Shown here one piece after another: positions 62,397 to 64,000 of a stretch of DNA of 64,000 bases. Position 1 is the first letter of the stretch. Each line of letters begins with the position of its first letter. The notes under the pieces are model-generated. The model ran no database searches, was not told the origin of the DNA, and saw nothing but the letters and a program-made list of their open reading frames with translations. This DNA comes from the human T2T-CHM13v2.0 reference genome, Homo sapiens, in NCBI RefSeq assembly GCF_009914755.1, contig NC_060925.1; one strand, given 5' to 3'. The position numbers were made by a program, and so were the translations under genes.

Positions 62397-63315
62397 TGTT
62401 AGGGTCTGAATTGTGTCCCCCCCACCCAAAATTCATGTGTTAAATCTCCAACCCACAGTACCTCAGCTTGTATCTCCCCTTATTCATGGGGAATACATTC
62501 CATGACCCCAAGTGGATGCCTGGGGCCACAGATAGTACTGAACCCTATATATACTATGTTTTTTCCCATACATACATATCTATGATGAAGTTTAATTTAT
62601 AAATTTGACACAGTAAAAGATGAACAATGACAACTAATGAAATAGAACAATTATAAAAAATATGATGTAATAAAAATTATGTGAATGTGATCTCTATCTC
62701 TCAAAATATCTTATTATATATACTGTATTCACCCTTCTTCTTGTGTATGTCGATCTGATAACTGAGTTGTTACTGAGTGACTGATTAGCAGGTAGATTTA
62801 TGTCCCAGGTGGGACAGAGCCAGATGGTGCAAGATTTCATGTAACTACTCAAAATAGCATGAAACTTAAAACTTACAAATTGTTTATTTCTAGAATTTTC
62901 CATTTAATATTTTTGGACTGCAGTTGACCACAGGTAAATGCAACTGCAGAACATGAAACTATAGAAAAGGGAGGATTACAGTATATTTGGAGATACAGCC
63001 TTTAAAGAGGTGATTAAGTTAAAATAAAGCTATTACAGCAGGCCCTAATCCAATTTGACTTGTGTACTTATAAGAAAAGGAAATTTACAAACACAAAGTG
63101 ACATTAGAGGTGTGTGTATGCACAGAGAAAAGACCACATGAAGACACAGTGAGAAGGCAGTTATCAGCAAGTCAAGGATTGAGGTCTTGAAGAAATCAAA
63201 ACTGCTAACAACTTCATCTTAGACTTTTACTCTTCAGAGTAAAAGAGAAAATAAATTTGTTGTTTAAGTTACCCAGACTGTGGTATTTTGTTGTGGCAGC
63301 CCTAGCAAACACATA
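62397..63315 (+). mobile_element. MLT1A/B LTR containing an opposite-orientation MER44 (~62470-62981)
   Basis: tgttagggtctgaattgtgtcccc start, ggtattttgttgtggcagccctagcaaac end; inner MER44 antisense to the 60557 copy. Confidence 0.78.
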
Positions 63316-64000
63316 ACTACCAATCCAGTAGAACTGATACCAACTTCACTTCAATAGCAGACATTAATTCTACTCCTTCCCAGCTCTGTTGCCTGCTTTA
63401 TGTTGTTAGTGTCACAAACTATATCTTTATATATTGTGTACCCATTAATATAGATTCATTATTATTGTTTATGCATTTATTTTTTTAATTATATAGGAAA
63501 AAAAGAGGAGTTACAAATCAAAAATAAAGTAATAGTGGCTTTTATATTTACCTTAACCAGAGATCTTTATTTCTTCAAATGGCTCTGAGTTACTATTTAT
63601 TGTTTTTTTCATTTGAGCCTGAAGCATTTATCCCTTTATTCATACCTTCAGCATTTTCAGTAGGGTAGGTTTCCCAGGGATGAACTATTTAGCTTCTGTT
63701 TATCTGAGAATGCCTTAGTTTCTCCCTCACTTTCATAAGATGGTTTTGCTGCATATAGAATTCTTGGTTGACAGTTTTGGTTTTTAGTTTGTTTCAGCAC
63801 TTTGTATCATCCCATGCCTTCTGGCCTTTGTGCTTTCTGATGAGAATTGACTTTTAATTTTGCTGAGGATCCCTTGTATTGCCTCTCTCCTGCTACTTTC
63901 AAGATTTTGCCTTTGGACATCAATAGTTTGATTATAATGTGTGGATCTCTTTGTGTTTATTTTTCTTTGTGTTTCATGAGTTCTTGGATTTGTATTTTAT

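Larger units (their letters stand above)
59545..64000 (-). mobile_element. Ancient L1MB/MC-type element with nested inserts
   Basis: Antisense 3'UTR and ORF2 remnants (ORFs 60197-60481, 61005-61202); boundaries approximate. Confidence 0.7.

Overview
Primate (almost certainly human) genomic DNA: a 64-kb internal stretch of a + strand axonemal dynein heavy chain gene, most likely DNAH14. Ten GT-AG exons (13180-57837; 1416 nt, 472 aa) splice into one open frame covering the end of the linker, all of AAA1 (Walker A GPAGTGKT, Walker B CFDEF, sensor I, sensor II) and the start of AAA2 (GPTGGGKT). The rest is intron dominated by transposable elements: a 5'-inverted (twin-primed) L1PA3-like element, two near full-length L1s, several truncated older L1s, a THE1B provirus with a nested THE1A solo LTR, MLT1/MST LTRs, MER44/MER5A/MER119/Tigger1 fossils and about ten Alus, including a young AluYa5. 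Nearly all ORFs in the supplied track are L1/Alu/LTR remnants. I see no new multi-gene system. The most interesting signals are (i) replacement of near-invariant non-catalytic dynein AAA1/AAA2 residues while the catalytic ones are kept; (ii) locally templated insertion and template-switch scars, including an 85-bp inverted copy pasted into an LTR 2 kb from its source and a THE1 fragment pasted into a neighbouring Alu; and (iii) a sense full-length L1 without a TSD, 155 bp behind an exon. Subfamily names and consensus comparisons come from recalled sequences and need confirming with RepeatMasker/Dfam.
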